Positions 43,329-54,183 of a stretch of DNA of 64,000 bases are shown here, in pieces. Every line of letters starts with the position of its first letter. The stretch's first letter is position 1. This DNA comes from Obrimoposthia wandeli. Lineage: Eukaryota. The notes beneath the pieces are model-generated. The model was not told where the DNA came from and did not search any database. It saw only the letters and a list, made by a program, of their open reading frames with translations. The stretch is taken from NCBI GenBank assembly GCA_977020255.1, contig CDROCS010000506.1:2666001-2730000 (forward strand), read 5' to 3'. Made by a program: the position numbers and the translations under genes.

Positions 43329-43348
43329 ATATGAATATATATTTATAT
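43329..43348. promoter_or_regulatory. Candidate ArsR/SmtB-type operator overlapping the zntA promoter
   Basis: Imperfect palindrome ATATGAATAT|ATATTTATAT overlapping TTGAAT-17-TATATT/TATTTA promoter. Confidence 0.45.
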
Positions 43349-43422
43349 GTAAGTTAACTAGCTTGAACGCATTAACTGTTACTCATATTGCTAACATTAA
43401 TTCTATTTACGAGGATAAACTT

Positions 43423-45795
43423 ATGTCATGTAAAGGCAGCACTATATCTAAAGACAGATCATCTAAAGCAACAGTCTCTAAAGACGCAGCTATAACAGCA
43501 CCAAAATCAAATCAGGGATGTTGTGGTAACGATCACAGTAAAACCCACGTCCATGAACATCAACATACAGATGAGCATCAAGTCAGTACTAGTAGTAGCG
43601 ACTCTTGCTGCGCACACAAAGAATCAAATGATATTATTGCTGATGACGAGGAACCCGAGTCCAGTAGTTTAACTACCCGTTTATCCTGGTTAGTAACAGG
43701 CATGGACTGTCCTAGTTGTGCCCGTAAAGTAGAAAAAGCCGTTCAAGCATTACCACAAGTACAGCAATGTCGTGTTGCATTCGCCACCGAAAAGCTACTT
43801 GTTGATATCAAAAAAGAATCCAATACAGATGCCGTTGAAAGCACCAAGCAACAAGTTACTGATGCGGTGGTTAAAGCGGGATTTAAGTTACAAGAAGTCG
43901 GTAAAAAATCAACTGGCGTTGAAGAAGATAATTCATTATCACAAAACCTACGTGAGCATTGGCATGCGATCACGTTAGTCAGTGCGATTGTTATCGCTGC
44001 GATCTTAACGCAATTTAACAGTGAAGCTAGTCAGTGGCTATTTACCTTCGCCAGTGTATTTGGTGTTATCCCTGTTATTAATCGTTCGATTAAATTAGCC
44101 CGTTCAGGTACGCCGTTTGCCATTGAAACCTTGATGTCAGTTGCGACTGTCGGTGCCCTTATCTTAGGGGAAACTGCTGAATCGGCAATGGTTCTTTTGT
44201 TATTCATGATCGGTGAAAAACTGGAATCATATGCAGCAGGAAAGGCGCGTAAAGGTGTTAAATCTTTAATGTCGTTAGTGCCTGAAGATGCCACAACTAT
44301 CGTTGGTGATAAGCGTGTGGTCGTTTCTGCAAGTGATTTACAACCTGGTGATATTATTGAAATAAAACCTGGTGACCGTTTACCTGCTGATGGCGCGCTA
44401 TTAGCGTCTGGTATTAGCTTTGATGAAAGTGCATTAACGGGTGAGTCAGTCCCTGTAGAGCATCAAGCTGAAGATATAGTGATGGCGGGTAGCTTAGCTG
44501 TTAACCGTGTTGCTCAGTTACGTGTTGTATCTGAGTCAGGTAATAATGCGATTGACCGTATTTTACACTTGATTGAAGAAGCTGAAGAAAATAAAGCGCC
44601 AATCGAACGATTCCTTGATGGTTTCAGCCGTTGGTACACGCCGGCAATGATGTTGTTAGCGTTGGCTGTTGTGGTTGTGCCGCCGTTATTATTTGGCGGT
44701 GATTGGACTGAGTGGGTTTATAAAGGCTTAACATTACTCTTGATTGCATGTCCTTGTGCTTTGGTTATTTCAACTCCAGCAGCAGTGACATCGGCATTAT
44801 CCGCTTCAAGTAAGCGTGGTGTATTAGTTAAAGGTGGCGCAGCACTAGAGCAGATTGGTCGTATTCAACAAATTGCCTTTGATAAAACCGGTACTCTAAC
44901 GCAAGGTGTACCAGAGGTAACCAGTGTTGTTAGCTTCATTGATGATGAAAGCAAAGTATTACAGCTTGCGGCTAGTATTGAGCAAACCTCAAACCATCCG
45001 CTTGCGACGGCAATTTTGACTCATGCAGAGCAACAATCAATTTCGTTATTAACGGTAACGAACGATGAAACCTTAGCGGGGCTAGGGGTGCAAGGTGAAG
45101 TGCAATATGAGGGTGAAGCACAGTTAATTAAATTGTTGGCACCACATCATATGACCGCGCAACTTGCTGAACTAGCGCATGTAAAAAAAGCTATCGAAGA
45201 TCTTGAAAATAAAGGTAATACCACAGTTGTTGTACTGCAGAATGAGCAAGTGATCGGGTTAGTCGCATTGGCCGACAGTATCCGTGAAGATGCTAAACAA
45301 GCGATTGAAGAGTTGCAGCGATTAGGTATTAATACTGTGATGTTAACGGGTGATAATCGCCGAACTGCGAAAGTAATTGCCGATTCATTAGGCATGGAAT
45401 ATCGTGCAGAGTTATTACCTGAAGATAAGTCGCGTATTGTTGCTGAACTAAGCCAAGACAAAGCTACAGCCATGGTTGGTGATGGTATTAATGATGCGCC
45501 GGCAATGAAAAGTGCCAGTTTAGGTATTGCGATGGGCGGTGGTACAGATGTGGCGTTAGAAGCTGCAGATGTTGCCTTAATGCATAATCGCTTGGTGGAA
45601 TTACCACAAATGGTGGAACTGGGTCAGGCGACGCTTACCAATATTAAGCAAAATATAGGCTTGGCTGTTGGTCTTAAAGCGGTGTTTTTGGTGACGACAT
45701 TACTGGGGATGACGGGACTGTGGGTGGCTATTTTAGCTGATTCAGGTGCGACAGCTTTGGTAACAGCAAATGCATTAAGACTATTACGAAAATAA
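43423..45795 (+). CDS. zntA: Zn/Cd/Pb-exporting P1B ATPase
   Basis: His/Cys-rich N-tail, GMDCPSC, CPC, DKTGTLT, GDGINDAP. Confidence 0.92.
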   Translation: MSCKGSTISKDRSSKATVSKDAAITAPKSNQGCCGNDHSKTHVHEHQHTDEHQVSTSSSDSCCAHKESNDIIADDEEPESSSLTTRLSWLVTGMDCPSCARKVEKAVQALPQVQQCRVAFATEKLLVDIKKESNTDAVESTKQQVTDAVVKAGFKLQEVGKKSTGVEEDNSLSQNLREHWHAITLVSAIVIAAILTQFNSEASQWLFTFASVFGVIPVINRSIKLARSGTPFAIETLMSVATVGALILGETAESAMVLLLFMIGEKLESYAAGKARKGVKSLMSLVPEDATTIVGDKRVVVSASDLQPGDIIEIKPGDRLPADGALLASGISFDESALTGESVPVEHQAEDIVMAGSLAVNRVAQLRVVSESGNNAIDRILHLIEEAEENKAPIERFLDGFSRWYTPAMMLLALAVVVVPPLLFGGDWTEWVYKGLTLLLIACPCALVISTPAAVTSALSASSKRGVLVKGGAALEQIGRIQQIAFDKTGTLTQGVPEVTSVVSFIDDESKVLQLAASIEQTSNHPLATAILTHAEQQSISLLTVTNDETLAGLGVQGEVQYEGEAQLIKLLAPHHMTAQLAELAHVKKAIEDLENKGNTTVVVLQNEQVIGLVALADSIREDAKQAIEELQRLGINTVMLTGDNRRTAKVIADSLGMEYRAELLPEDKSRIVAELSQDKATAMVGDGINDAPAMKSASLGIAMGGGTDVALEAADVALMHNRLVELPQMVELGQATLTNIKQNIGLAVGLKAVFLVTTLLGMTGLWVAILADSGATALVTANALRLLRK

Positions 45796-45896
45796 GTACG
45801 TAAATAATAGTTGCGAAAGTAGCTACGTAAATAACAGGCAACGCTAAGCTGTTCTATACTTAATGAAGCTCATCAAATTTGATTTGATGAGCTTTT

Positions 45897-46772
45897 TTAT
45901 TTGATATTCAATTTACTGTTATACAGATCTTCATCAGCAATGTTGAATAAACTCTCAATCGTTTCACCAGCTCGCCACATTGCAGAACCAATTGCTGAGG
46001 TAATATTAAATTCACTTAGTAGTGGGTCACATTTAATCTCGCTGTAAATACGTTCAATGACCAAATTAGTTGATTGCGATGATGCCGGTTGTAAGATAAT
46101 GGCAAATTCATCACCGCCTAATCGAAAGGCCATATCACTATTACGAATACTGCGTTGTAATATGTGCGCATAATGTTTCAATATACGATCACCAAACTGA
46201 TGGCCATAAGTATCATTAACACGTTTGAAGTTATCTAAATCAGTAATTAACAAAGCCATATTCGACTTATGGCGTTGGCATAAACTGTAAGATCGTAAAA
46301 TATTTTCATCAAAACTAGCGCGATTATCTAAACCAGTTAAGTGATCTTTCATGATCCTGATTTGCATCTCTTGTAACATCAAGGCGTGCATTAGGTTAGT
46401 TTCGAGTAATTGATGTAGCTCTCTTAGCAAGCTAAGTTCATTTAGCTTTAAAGGGTTTACCGAGCTATATAACAAAGACCCAAGGTCTTTTCCCATTGCG
46501 GATAAATGGTAGTTTTGTTGAAAAACAGCCGTGCAATCGGATTTTAATTGAATGTTATTTTTCGCGTCGGTAAAGCTTAAACCGGTAAAGCGGACATGTT
46601 GTGCCGCTATTGCGGCAAAGTTAGATAACAAAGAATCGACATCTAGAGTTGTTTGTAACTTTTTCAACGTAGCAATGGTTTGCGCAGGTGTCAATTTCTG
46701 CTGCCTTTTTGGCGCAGTAAACCCATAATTTGTATGTATTTTAGGGGTATTGATGATGCTTAAATTATCCAT
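45897..46772 (-). CDS. Diguanylate cyclase (GGDEF)
   Basis: DHLTGL, DLDNFKRVNDTYGHQFGD, RNSD I-site, GGDEF. Confidence 0.92.
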   Translation of the reverse strand: MDNLSIINTPKIHTNYGFTAPKRQQKLTPAQTIATLKKLQTTLDVDSLLSNFAAIAAQHVRFTGLSFTDAKNNIQLKSDCTAVFQQNYHLSAMGKDLGSLLYSSVNPLKLNELSLLRELHQLLETNLMHALMLQEMQIRIMKDHLTGLDNRASFDENILRSYSLCQRHKSNMALLITDLDNFKRVNDTYGHQFGDRILKHYAHILQRSIRNSDMAFRLGGDEFAIILQPASSQSTNLVIERIYSEIKCDPLLSEFNITSAIGSAMWRAGETIESLFNIADEDLYNSKLNIK

Positions 46773-47009
46773 TTTTACCTCTGTCAAAAAAATTACGCTA
46801 TTTAGTATAGTTGTAAAATATGCATTTACCGTACCATTATTAAACAAATGGGAAGTTAAATGAAAAATGAAATATATCGCGATCCTTTTATTGATCCTTA
46901 CACTAACTTGTTAAATCGAGTGCTTGTACATATTCTTTATTGAAATAGGTTTGGCACTATCTGCAAGGCCTATTTTGATGTTCACAGGGCCCACTTTGGA
47001 GGTAATATT

Positions 47010-48974
47010 TTGTTTATTGATATCATCTTATTACTTTCTATCGCAGTCGCTCTAGTGGCGTTATTTCAGCGCGTTCAATTGCCACCGATCCTCGCTTATC
47101 TGGCGACTGGTATTATTGCAGGACCTTATGGATTCCAATTAATTGTCGAACAAGCAGATATAGAACTGTTTGCAGAGCTGGGTGTGGTATTTCTCATGTT
47201 CTCATTGGGGTTGGAGTTTTCTTTACCTCGATTATTATCGATGCGGCATTTGGTATTAGGGCTTGGTGGCGGCCAGGTCATGTCTGTTGGACTGATTTTC
47301 ACTACGCTAGGCATATTTGCTTCACTCTACTGGTCGCAAGCATTTGTTGTTGCCTCGGCGATGTTAATGTCATCGACGGCGATTGTGATCAAGCAATTGG
47401 CCGAATCAAAGTTACTTAATACGCGCATGTCGAAGTTGTCGATCAGTGTGTTGTTATTTCAAGATATCGCCGTCGTGCCTTTCCTTATTATGATCCCGTT
47501 ATTGGCGCAGCAAAGTGGCGACATGATGTTGATAGCTGAGCAAATGGGCTGGGCATTGGTTAAAGGTTTGTTTGCCGTATCACTGATCCTGTCTGTGGGG
47601 CGTTGGATCTTACCGACTGTATTTAAAGAGATTGCGTTAACTCGTTCCGATGAATTATTTGTGATGTCGACTTTGTTGGTGGCATTGATTGCCGGACTCA
47701 TCACCCACTGGTTAGGGTTATCGATGGCGCTAGGTGCATTTTTAGCGGGTATGATGTTAGGCGAGGGACCTTATCGGCACCAACTAGAAGCGGATATTCG
47801 TCCGTTTCGTGATGTCTTAATGGGGCTGTTTTTTATTACTATCGGGATGTTACTAAACGTACCGAGTTTACTGGCTGACTGGCCTCGTTTGATCATCGTG
47901 TTGGCTGTAATGATGTTCACTAAAATAGTCTTGGTATTCGTGTTAGCGAAAAGTTTAGGTGAAAGTAATCGAAATGCCCTGAGTACTGGACTGGTTTTAG
48001 CACAAATGGGTGAATTCGGTTTTGTGCTGTTAGCATTAGCCGGTAAGTTAGAATTATTGCCTCTACCGCTAATCTCTACCTTGGTCGGTGTCGGGGTAGT
48101 GAGTATGGCGATGACACCTTGGCTAATCAATTGTCATCAAGATATCGTTAGGCGGTTACTGTTTCAGTCTAAGGTGATACCTAAAAGCGGATTGTCACCG
48201 CCATTACCTGGACAATATATCGATCATGTCATCGTGTGCGGTTATGGCCGAAGTGGTCAAACGATTGCGCGTTTCTTAAAAATTGAATGCATTCCTTATA
48301 CGGTGATCGACCGCGATCCAGTACGTGTGCAAGAAGCATTAAATGGTGGTGAAAAAATTGAGTTCGGGGATGCAAGCCGCCGTGAAATTCAGATGATGCT
48401 GGGTGTGGATAAAGCCAAGTCGATTATTATTACTTTCAAAGATACTGAAAAGGCTATCGAGTTATTAAAAATTGTGAAACCTTTGACTGAAGCGAAAGTG
48501 TTAGTGCGAACTACAGATGATTCGACGATGCAGAAATTACAGGATGCTGGTGCAACAGACGTAGTGCCGGAATCGTTAGAGGGTAGTTTGATGATGGTAT
48601 CCCATGTATTAGCGATATCAGGGGTGCCAATAAAGCGTATTTTGAAACGTTTACAACACGAACGTCAGGGCCATTATAATCATTTACATGGTTTTTATTT
48701 TGGTGGTGAAAGTAATATACCCTTTGAAGAAAGTGAAGTGTTAGAACGGCTACATGCGATCCGTCTTGAGCAGGGGGCTTATGCTATTGGTAAAACCGTT
48801 GCTGCAGTTAAACTTAAAGAGGTGAGTTATCGCGCCGTGCGTCGACAAGGTGTCGAATTGACTAAAGTACATCCGGATTTTATGTTTGAAGCGGGTGATG
48901 TGATATTGCTTTGTGGTCCTTCTCGTTATGTTAAACGTGCGGAACATCGTTTATTGGGTGATTGGGCTGATTAG
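47010..48974 (+). CDS. CPA2 (Kef-type) cation:proton antiporter with TrkA-N/TrkA-C
   Basis: LGAFLAGMML, GLFFITIG, CGYGRSGQ Rossmann motif; TTG start after GGAGG. Confidence 0.9.
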   Translation: MFIDIILLLSIAVALVALFQRVQLPPILAYLATGIIAGPYGFQLIVEQADIELFAELGVVFLMFSLGLEFSLPRLLSMRHLVLGLGGGQVMSVGLIFTTLGIFASLYWSQAFVVASAMLMSSTAIVIKQLAESKLLNTRMSKLSISVLLFQDIAVVPFLIMIPLLAQQSGDMMLIAEQMGWALVKGLFAVSLILSVGRWILPTVFKEIALTRSDELFVMSTLLVALIAGLITHWLGLSMALGAFLAGMMLGEGPYRHQLEADIRPFRDVLMGLFFITIGMLLNVPSLLADWPRLIIVLAVMMFTKIVLVFVLAKSLGESNRNALSTGLVLAQMGEFGFVLLALAGKLELLPLPLISTLVGVGVVSMAMTPWLINCHQDIVRRLLFQSKVIPKSGLSPPLPGQYIDHVIVCGYGRSGQTIARFLKIECIPYTVIDRDPVRVQEALNGGEKIEFGDASRREIQMMLGVDKAKSIIITFKDTEKAIELLKIVKPLTEAKVLVRTTDDSTMQKLQDAGATDVVPESLEGSLMMVSHVLAISGVPIKRILKRLQHERQGHYNHLHGFYFGGESNIPFEESEVLERLHAIRLEQGAYAIGKTVAAVKLKEVSYRAVRRQGVELTKVHPDFMFEAGDVILLCGPSRYVKRAEHRLLGDWAD

Positions 48975-48975
48975 C

Positions 48976-50115
48976 TTATATTGCTAAAAATTTTCTTAAT
49001 TCCTTTTCCTGTTTTAATACATCTTGATAGCCTAAATTCATTAACTCTCGGGTATAGTTTTGTTCAAACATCAGATAAGAGGTGATGGATGAATGGCTGT
49101 GCTGATTGACGCCGATAGTACGTAGCAAGGTACGAATAGTGATGGGTAAATCGTGAAAGTATTTATCAGCGATGGCATTGATATCATGCTCGTTGGCGAG
49201 CCTGAATAAGCCGATCTGTTTCATGTTTAATGATGATTGTAGTGTTGCTTGTTGAGACTCAGGTGTTAATGCAAGCGTATCATTAACGCGGGTTAAGCGT
49301 TCGATGTCGGAGTTTAGGGTATCGGTAAAAATGGTATCAAGCAGGTGGCCAGCAATATCAGCGCCCGATGGGGTTTGACGCACTTCTCCGGGTTTAAGCT
49401 GTTGTGGTGGTTGCTCTGCACCGATCACTAATAGTTTATCTGCTCCAAGGTGAATAGCGGGGCTCAATGGTGATAGTTGATGTACAGAACCATCACCATA
49501 AAAATCACGGCCTATCTGGGTACAAGGAAAGACTAATGGGATCGCAGACGATGCTATTAAATGATTAGTGTGTAAGCGGGTGCGTAAACCACTACGGCGA
49601 GCGCGTTGCCATTCTTGTAGTTGCTGATTACCCTGAAAAAAGCTGATGGAATCGCCGTTGTTATAGTCAGATGCGGTGATCGAAATAGCATCTAGGTGCT
49701 GGCGTTGAATGTTGATATCGATACGACGCATATCCAAATACCGATCGAGCAATTGATATAAAGGTTTGTTGTTAAACAGTGATACTGGCTGACGTGTAAC
49801 ATGTGGAGACTGAAACTTGGATAAAAACGTTAATAATAAGTGTCGTGATATCTCATTAAAGCTGCATTGAAAGACTTGATTAGCGTGGAAGTTATTCCAG
49901 ATATACTCGAGCTTTTTTACCCCTAAGCGAAAGCAACTGGCGTAGCAGGCTATTGCGCAACTGTTGATTGCGCCTGCAGATGTACCGGTAATGACTTTAA
50001 AGGGCGTACCATGATTACGCGGGTAGAATTCCGCAATGGCTTTTAACGCACCGACTTGATATGCCGCTCTCGCGCCACCGCCAGTTAATAACAATCCTTG
50101 TTTAGTCCCAGTCAT
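48976..50115 (-). CDS. Patatin-like phospholipase
   Basis: GGGARAAYQVG, GTSAG, DGS motif. Confidence 0.9.
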   Translation of the reverse strand: MTGTKQGLLLTGGGARAAYQVGALKAIAEFYPRNHGTPFKVITGTSAGAINSCAIACYASCFRLGVKKLEYIWNNFHANQVFQCSFNEISRHLLLTFLSKFQSPHVTRQPVSLFNNKPLYQLLDRYLDMRRIDINIQRQHLDAISITASDYNNGDSISFFQGNQQLQEWQRARRSGLRTRLHTNHLIASSAIPLVFPCTQIGRDFYGDGSVHQLSPLSPAIHLGADKLLVIGAEQPPQQLKPGEVRQTPSGADIAGHLLDTIFTDTLNSDIERLTRVNDTLALTPESQQATLQSSLNMKQIGLFRLANEHDINAIADKYFHDLPITIRTLLRTIGVNQHSHSSITSYLMFEQNYTRELMNLGYQDVLKQEKELRKFLAI

Positions 50116-50247
50116 AAACCCCCAAACGCATAGTAAAGCGCGGTTTCATTACTAATACGGCGCTACCTTTTAATTATTGTTAAAGAGTAGCGGCTTCGCC
50201 AAATTAATACTGTGGAGTGAGGGGGAGTTTGGAGTATTGGTTATAAA

Positions 50248-50643
50248 TCAGTTATAAACCCGACCGCGATGTTTCAACCAACCGTGCTTATGATTATTAC
50301 GCGGATCTTTATGCGTCCAGTGGATAACGCCACCTTTACTGTTCCACTCGTATTCACCGTAAAACTGTACGGTATCACCGACTTTCAAGCTATTAATACG
50401 TGGCGCTAAATCAATATTGTGCGCGATTAAGATCGTTTGACTGCTTTTCAGCTGTAACAAGAATTTCTGATGGCGAGAGCCTTTATTATCATCGGCAAGT
50501 ATACGGGTGACTTTACCTGAACCTTTAACTTGGACATCACTTTGCTGGTTATTATAAGCGCGCTTTAAGACGCCATCATTTGCCCAAGCGTTGAAAGACA
50601 ATAGACTTAAAAGTATGAATAAGTGAGTAAAAATCCGTTTCAT
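50248..50643 (-). CDS. DUF3465 family secreted protein
   Basis: DDNKGSRHQKF, AHNIDLAPR, GVIHWTHKDP. Confidence 0.85.
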   Translation of the reverse strand: MKRIFTHLFILLSLLSFNAWANDGVLKRAYNNQQSDVQVKGSGKVTRILADDNKGSRHQKFLLQLKSSQTILIAHNIDLAPRINSLKVGDTVQFYGEYEWNSKGGVIHWTHKDPRNNHKHGWLKHRGRVYN

Positions 50644-50719
50644 GGTGGTGGCCTTTGACTGTAAATTAAAAGCGTGATTTTAAACTATTTACAACATCAA
50701 TGTATTGATACTTATTGAA

Positions 50720-51259
50720 TTATTTACAATCTTCAGTTTCTAGGCCTATTTCCGGCTTAGATCCATCGTGATGATTAATATAATAAACCCCGCATTGGTT
50801 GTCCCAGCTATATCCTCTTGGAAAGACTTTTGCGATATAGCCTTTGCCTGTGGATATACCGCTCGGTAACTCTTTTTGTTCGCCCAGACCACACCAATCG
50901 GCTGTGCATATATCTTCGGCTTGCTTAGAAAACTCTACGTCGTCTAAACTAATGGCATAGCGCACTCCATTCATCCAATTACCATCCGGGTAACCACTGT
51001 GTAATGTCATGGTGATGCCATCGATATCGGCAACGAATTTCTTATTTTTTTCAGGGACGCCGTCTTGATTCGTAATAACGGCTTTAGCATAAATAAGGTC
51101 TATACCGCTGCGCAGTGCTCCTTCCATACCTTTAAGTACAGCAAGGCGAGCGCTGGATGATAGGTTAGTGAATTTAGGGATAGCAGACGCGACAAGTATA
51201 CCGAGTATGATAATCACTATAGTTAGTTCGATTAATGTAAACCCTTGCTGCTTGTTCAT
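50720..51259 (-). CDS. Orphan MSHA-like type IV pilin
   Basis: QQGFTLIELTIVIIILGIL..AIPKFTNLSSSAR. Confidence 0.8.
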   Translation of the reverse strand: MNKQQGFTLIELTIVIIILGILVASAIPKFTNLSSSARLAVLKGMEGALRSGIDLIYAKAVITNQDGVPEKNKKFVADIDGITMTLHSGYPDGNWMNGVRYAISLDDVEFSKQAEDICTADWCGLGEQKELPSGISTGKGYIAKVFPRGYSWDNQCGVYYINHHDGSKPEIGLETEDCK

Positions 51260-51549
51260 CGCATTCGCCTTGTTATCGAATGGGCGATGTTAGCAACCTA
51301 AGTTATTACGGTACATTAATGCGATAAGTAAACGACTGGTTTAGTCCAATAACGGCTCTGTTGACGATAAAATCTTGACGATTAGACTTTCAAGACTGTT
51401 AGTTAGCTCTGTATATTTAGCCTTGTATCGTGTACTGCTATATGTCGAAATTCAGAGACGAAAAAGCCAAGCAGATGCTTGGCTTTGAATCGTTTTTAAC
51501 TAAAGTTATTTAGCCAAAATCACTTAACCGAAGTTAATTACCTATTAGC

Positions 51550-53271
51550 TTAAGCTAGTAAGCTTTTAATGTGTTCAACGATGTCTGTTAGTGCGATTTC
51601 AGTCTTGTCACCAGTAGTACGTAGTTTGTGGTCAACTAGACCATTCTTCAGACTACGATCACCGATGATGATGTTGTGTGGGATACCGATAAGTTCAGAA
51701 TCTGCAAACATTACACCTGGACGCTCTTTACGATCATCGAACAATACTTCAATGCCAGCAGCTTGAAGGTCAGCGTAGATTTTCTCTGCTGCTTCTTTTA
51801 CTTCTGCTGATTTGTGCATGTTCATTGGGATGATAGATACTTTGTATGGTGCGATTGACTCGTTCCAGATAATACCGTTTTCATCATGGTTCTGTTCGAT
51901 TGCAGATGCAACGATACGAGAAACACCAACACCGTAACAACCCATAGTCATGGTTTGCTGTTTACCTTGCATGTTCAGTACGCCAGCGCCCATTGATTCT
52001 GCGTATTGCGTACCAAGTTGGAAGATATGACCAACTTCGATACCACGTTTAATAGAAAGTGTACCTTTACCACATGGGCTAGCTTCACCTTCAACAACGT
52101 TACGTAAATCTGCAACTGTGTAATCGCTAATGTCGCGATCCCAGTTAGCGCCAGTGATGTGCTGACCATTAACGTTAGCACCACAAACAAAGTCTGCTAA
52201 ATGTGCAGCTGAGCGGTCAACAACAACAGGGCAATTCAGACCTTTAGGACCGATAGAGCCAGCATCGCAGTTTGCAGCAGCTTGGATTTGTTCTTCGTTA
52301 GCAAATGTTAACGGAGCAGCAACGCCAGCAATTTTTTCTGCTTTCACTTCGTTTAGTTCGTGATCGCCACGTAGTACAAGTGCGATAACGCCTTGTGCTT
52401 TGCCTTCTTCAGCTTCAGCAGCAACAAGCAGTGTTTTAACTGTTTGTGTTGCGTTAACTTCTAAGAATTTGCAAACGTCTTCGATGCTGTGTGCATCTGG
52501 TGTAGCAACAACAGTTAGTGCTTGAGTTGCTGCAGGACGTTCGCCAGCAGGTGCTAATGCTTCTGCTTTTTCAATGTTTGCTGCGTAATCGCTGCCGTCA
52601 GAGAATACGATATCGTCTTCGCCGCTTTCTGCAAGTACGTGGAATTCGTGAGATACAGCACCACCAATTGAACCAGTATCAGCTAGTACCGGACGGTATT
52701 CTAGGCCAATGCGTTCGAAGATGTTGCAATATGCTGTGTGCATTTTGTTGTACGTTTCGTTTAGACATTCATCTGATAAATGGAAAGAGTAAGCATCTTT
52801 CATCAGGAATTCACGCGAACGCATTACACCGAAACGAGGACGAACTTCATCACGGAATTTAGTTTGGATCTGGTAAAGAGTCAACGGCAGTTGTTTGTAG
52901 CTGTTGATTTCTTTACGCGCGATATCAGTGATCACTTCTTCGTGCGTTGGACCTAAAACAAAAGGACGGTTGTGGCGGTCGTTAATGCGTAACAACTCTG
53001 GACCGAATTTATCGATACGGCCTGTTTCTTGCCATAAATCAGCGGGCTGAACCATAGGCATTAGAGTTTCAACAGCACCTGCTTTATCCATCTCTTCACG
53101 TACGATGTTTTCTACTTTACGTAAAACTCGTAAGCCTGTCGGTAACCAAGTGTATAGACCTGATGCAAGACGACGAACCATACCTGCACGAAGCATTAGC
53201 TGGTGGCTAATGACTTCTGCGTCATTTGGAGTTTCTTTCAAAGTTGAAAGCAAGTAGTTGCTGGTGCGCAT
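51550..53271 (-). CDS. proS: Proline--tRNA ligase
   Basis: [34 protein letters not shown] editing domain. Confidence 0.99.
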   Translation of the reverse strand: MRTSNYLLSTLKETPNDAEVISHQLMLRAGMVRRLASGLYTWLPTGLRVLRKVENIVREEMDKAGAVETLMPMVQPADLWQETGRIDKFGPELLRINDRHNRPFVLGPTHEEVITDIARKEINSYKQLPLTLYQIQTKFRDEVRPRFGVMRSREFLMKDAYSFHLSDECLNETYNKMHTAYCNIFERIGLEYRPVLADTGSIGGAVSHEFHVLAESGEDDIVFSDGSDYAANIEKAEALAPAGERPAATQALTVVATPDAHSIEDVCKFLEVNATQTVKTLLVAAEAEEGKAQGVIALVLRGDHELNEVKAEKIAGVAAPLTFANEEQIQAAANCDAGSIGPKGLNCPVVVDRSAAHLADFVCGANVNGQHITGANWDRDISDYTVADLRNVVEGEASPCGKGTLSIKRGIEVGHIFQLGTQYAESMGAGVLNMQGKQQTMTMGCYGVGVSRIVASAIEQNHDENGIIWNESIAPYKVSIIPMNMHKSAEVKEAAEKIYADLQAAGIEVLFDDRKERPGVMFADSELIGIPHNIIIGDRSLKNGLVDHKLRTTGDKTEIALTDIVEHIKSLLA

Positions 53272-53432
53272 AACGTTCCTTTATTTACTAATAAAATCGA
53301 TTTAAGAGCGTGATTTTAACAGGGCGCAGCCAGAGTAAACAGCAAAAGTTAGTGAATAGTTTTATTTATTTTTGACCGCTGTCCTTTTATTCGTTTATCG
53401 GAGGTCTTATACTGGCGGCCAACTTTGGATTT

Positions 53433-54059
53433 GTGCTATTAAAAATGAATAAAATACTGAGATTAGCTGCACTTATAATGGTCAGCAGTTTATTATTTGG
53501 TTGTTCTTCACAACCTCGTAATCCGGAAAATATTTGCGATATCTTTATTGAAAAATACGATTGGTATGAAGCGGCCATCGACAGCCAAGAGAAATGGGGT
53601 GTGCCTGTGCATGTTCCTATGGCGATGATGTATCAAGAAAGCTCATTTAAACATAATGCCCAGCCACCGATGCAGTACTGGTGGATTATTCCGACAGGAC
53701 GTGCGAGTTCTGCTTATGGTTTTGCCCAAGCAAAAACGATGACCTGGGGTGATTACGTTAAAGAAACTGGTAACAGCTGGTCAAGTCGAGCTGATTTCCA
53801 TGATGCGATGGATTTTATGGGCTGGTTTATGAATAAAACCCAAAAAATCAATGGTGTATCTAAGTGGAGTGCAGAGCAGCAATACTTGAATTACCATGAA
53901 GGCTGGGGCGGTTATAAGAATAAAAGCTATAACAAGAAACCCTGGTTGAAGAAAGTGGCGAAGACGGTAGAGCAACGCTCATTACGTTATGCGGGTCAGT
54001 ATCGTACCTGTAAAGACGATTTAGATTCTAACTGGGTATGGCGTTTGTTCTTCTTATAA
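53433..54059 (+). CDS. Lysozyme/transglycosylase-like lipoprotein
   Basis: Lipobox LFGC, QESSF, SAYGFAQA, YLNYHEG. Confidence 0.7.
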   Translation: MLLKMNKILRLAALIMVSSLLFGCSSQPRNPENICDIFIEKYDWYEAAIDSQEKWGVPVHVPMAMMYQESSFKHNAQPPMQYWWIIPTGRASSAYGFAQAKTMTWGDYVKETGNSWSSRADFHDAMDFMGWFMNKTQKINGVSKWSAEQQYLNYHEGWGGYKNKSYNKKPWLKKVAKTVEQRSLRYAGQYRTCKDDLDSNWVWRLFFL

Positions 54060-54183
54060 TATCGAGATAGCATCGATTATAACTGCGGTTATAGCATTGT
54101 TGTAAACCTGATAATGCTGGAATAAAAAAGCCGATTGACTGCTAAACAGTTAATCGGCTTTTTCGTATCTAATTACATCTTCG

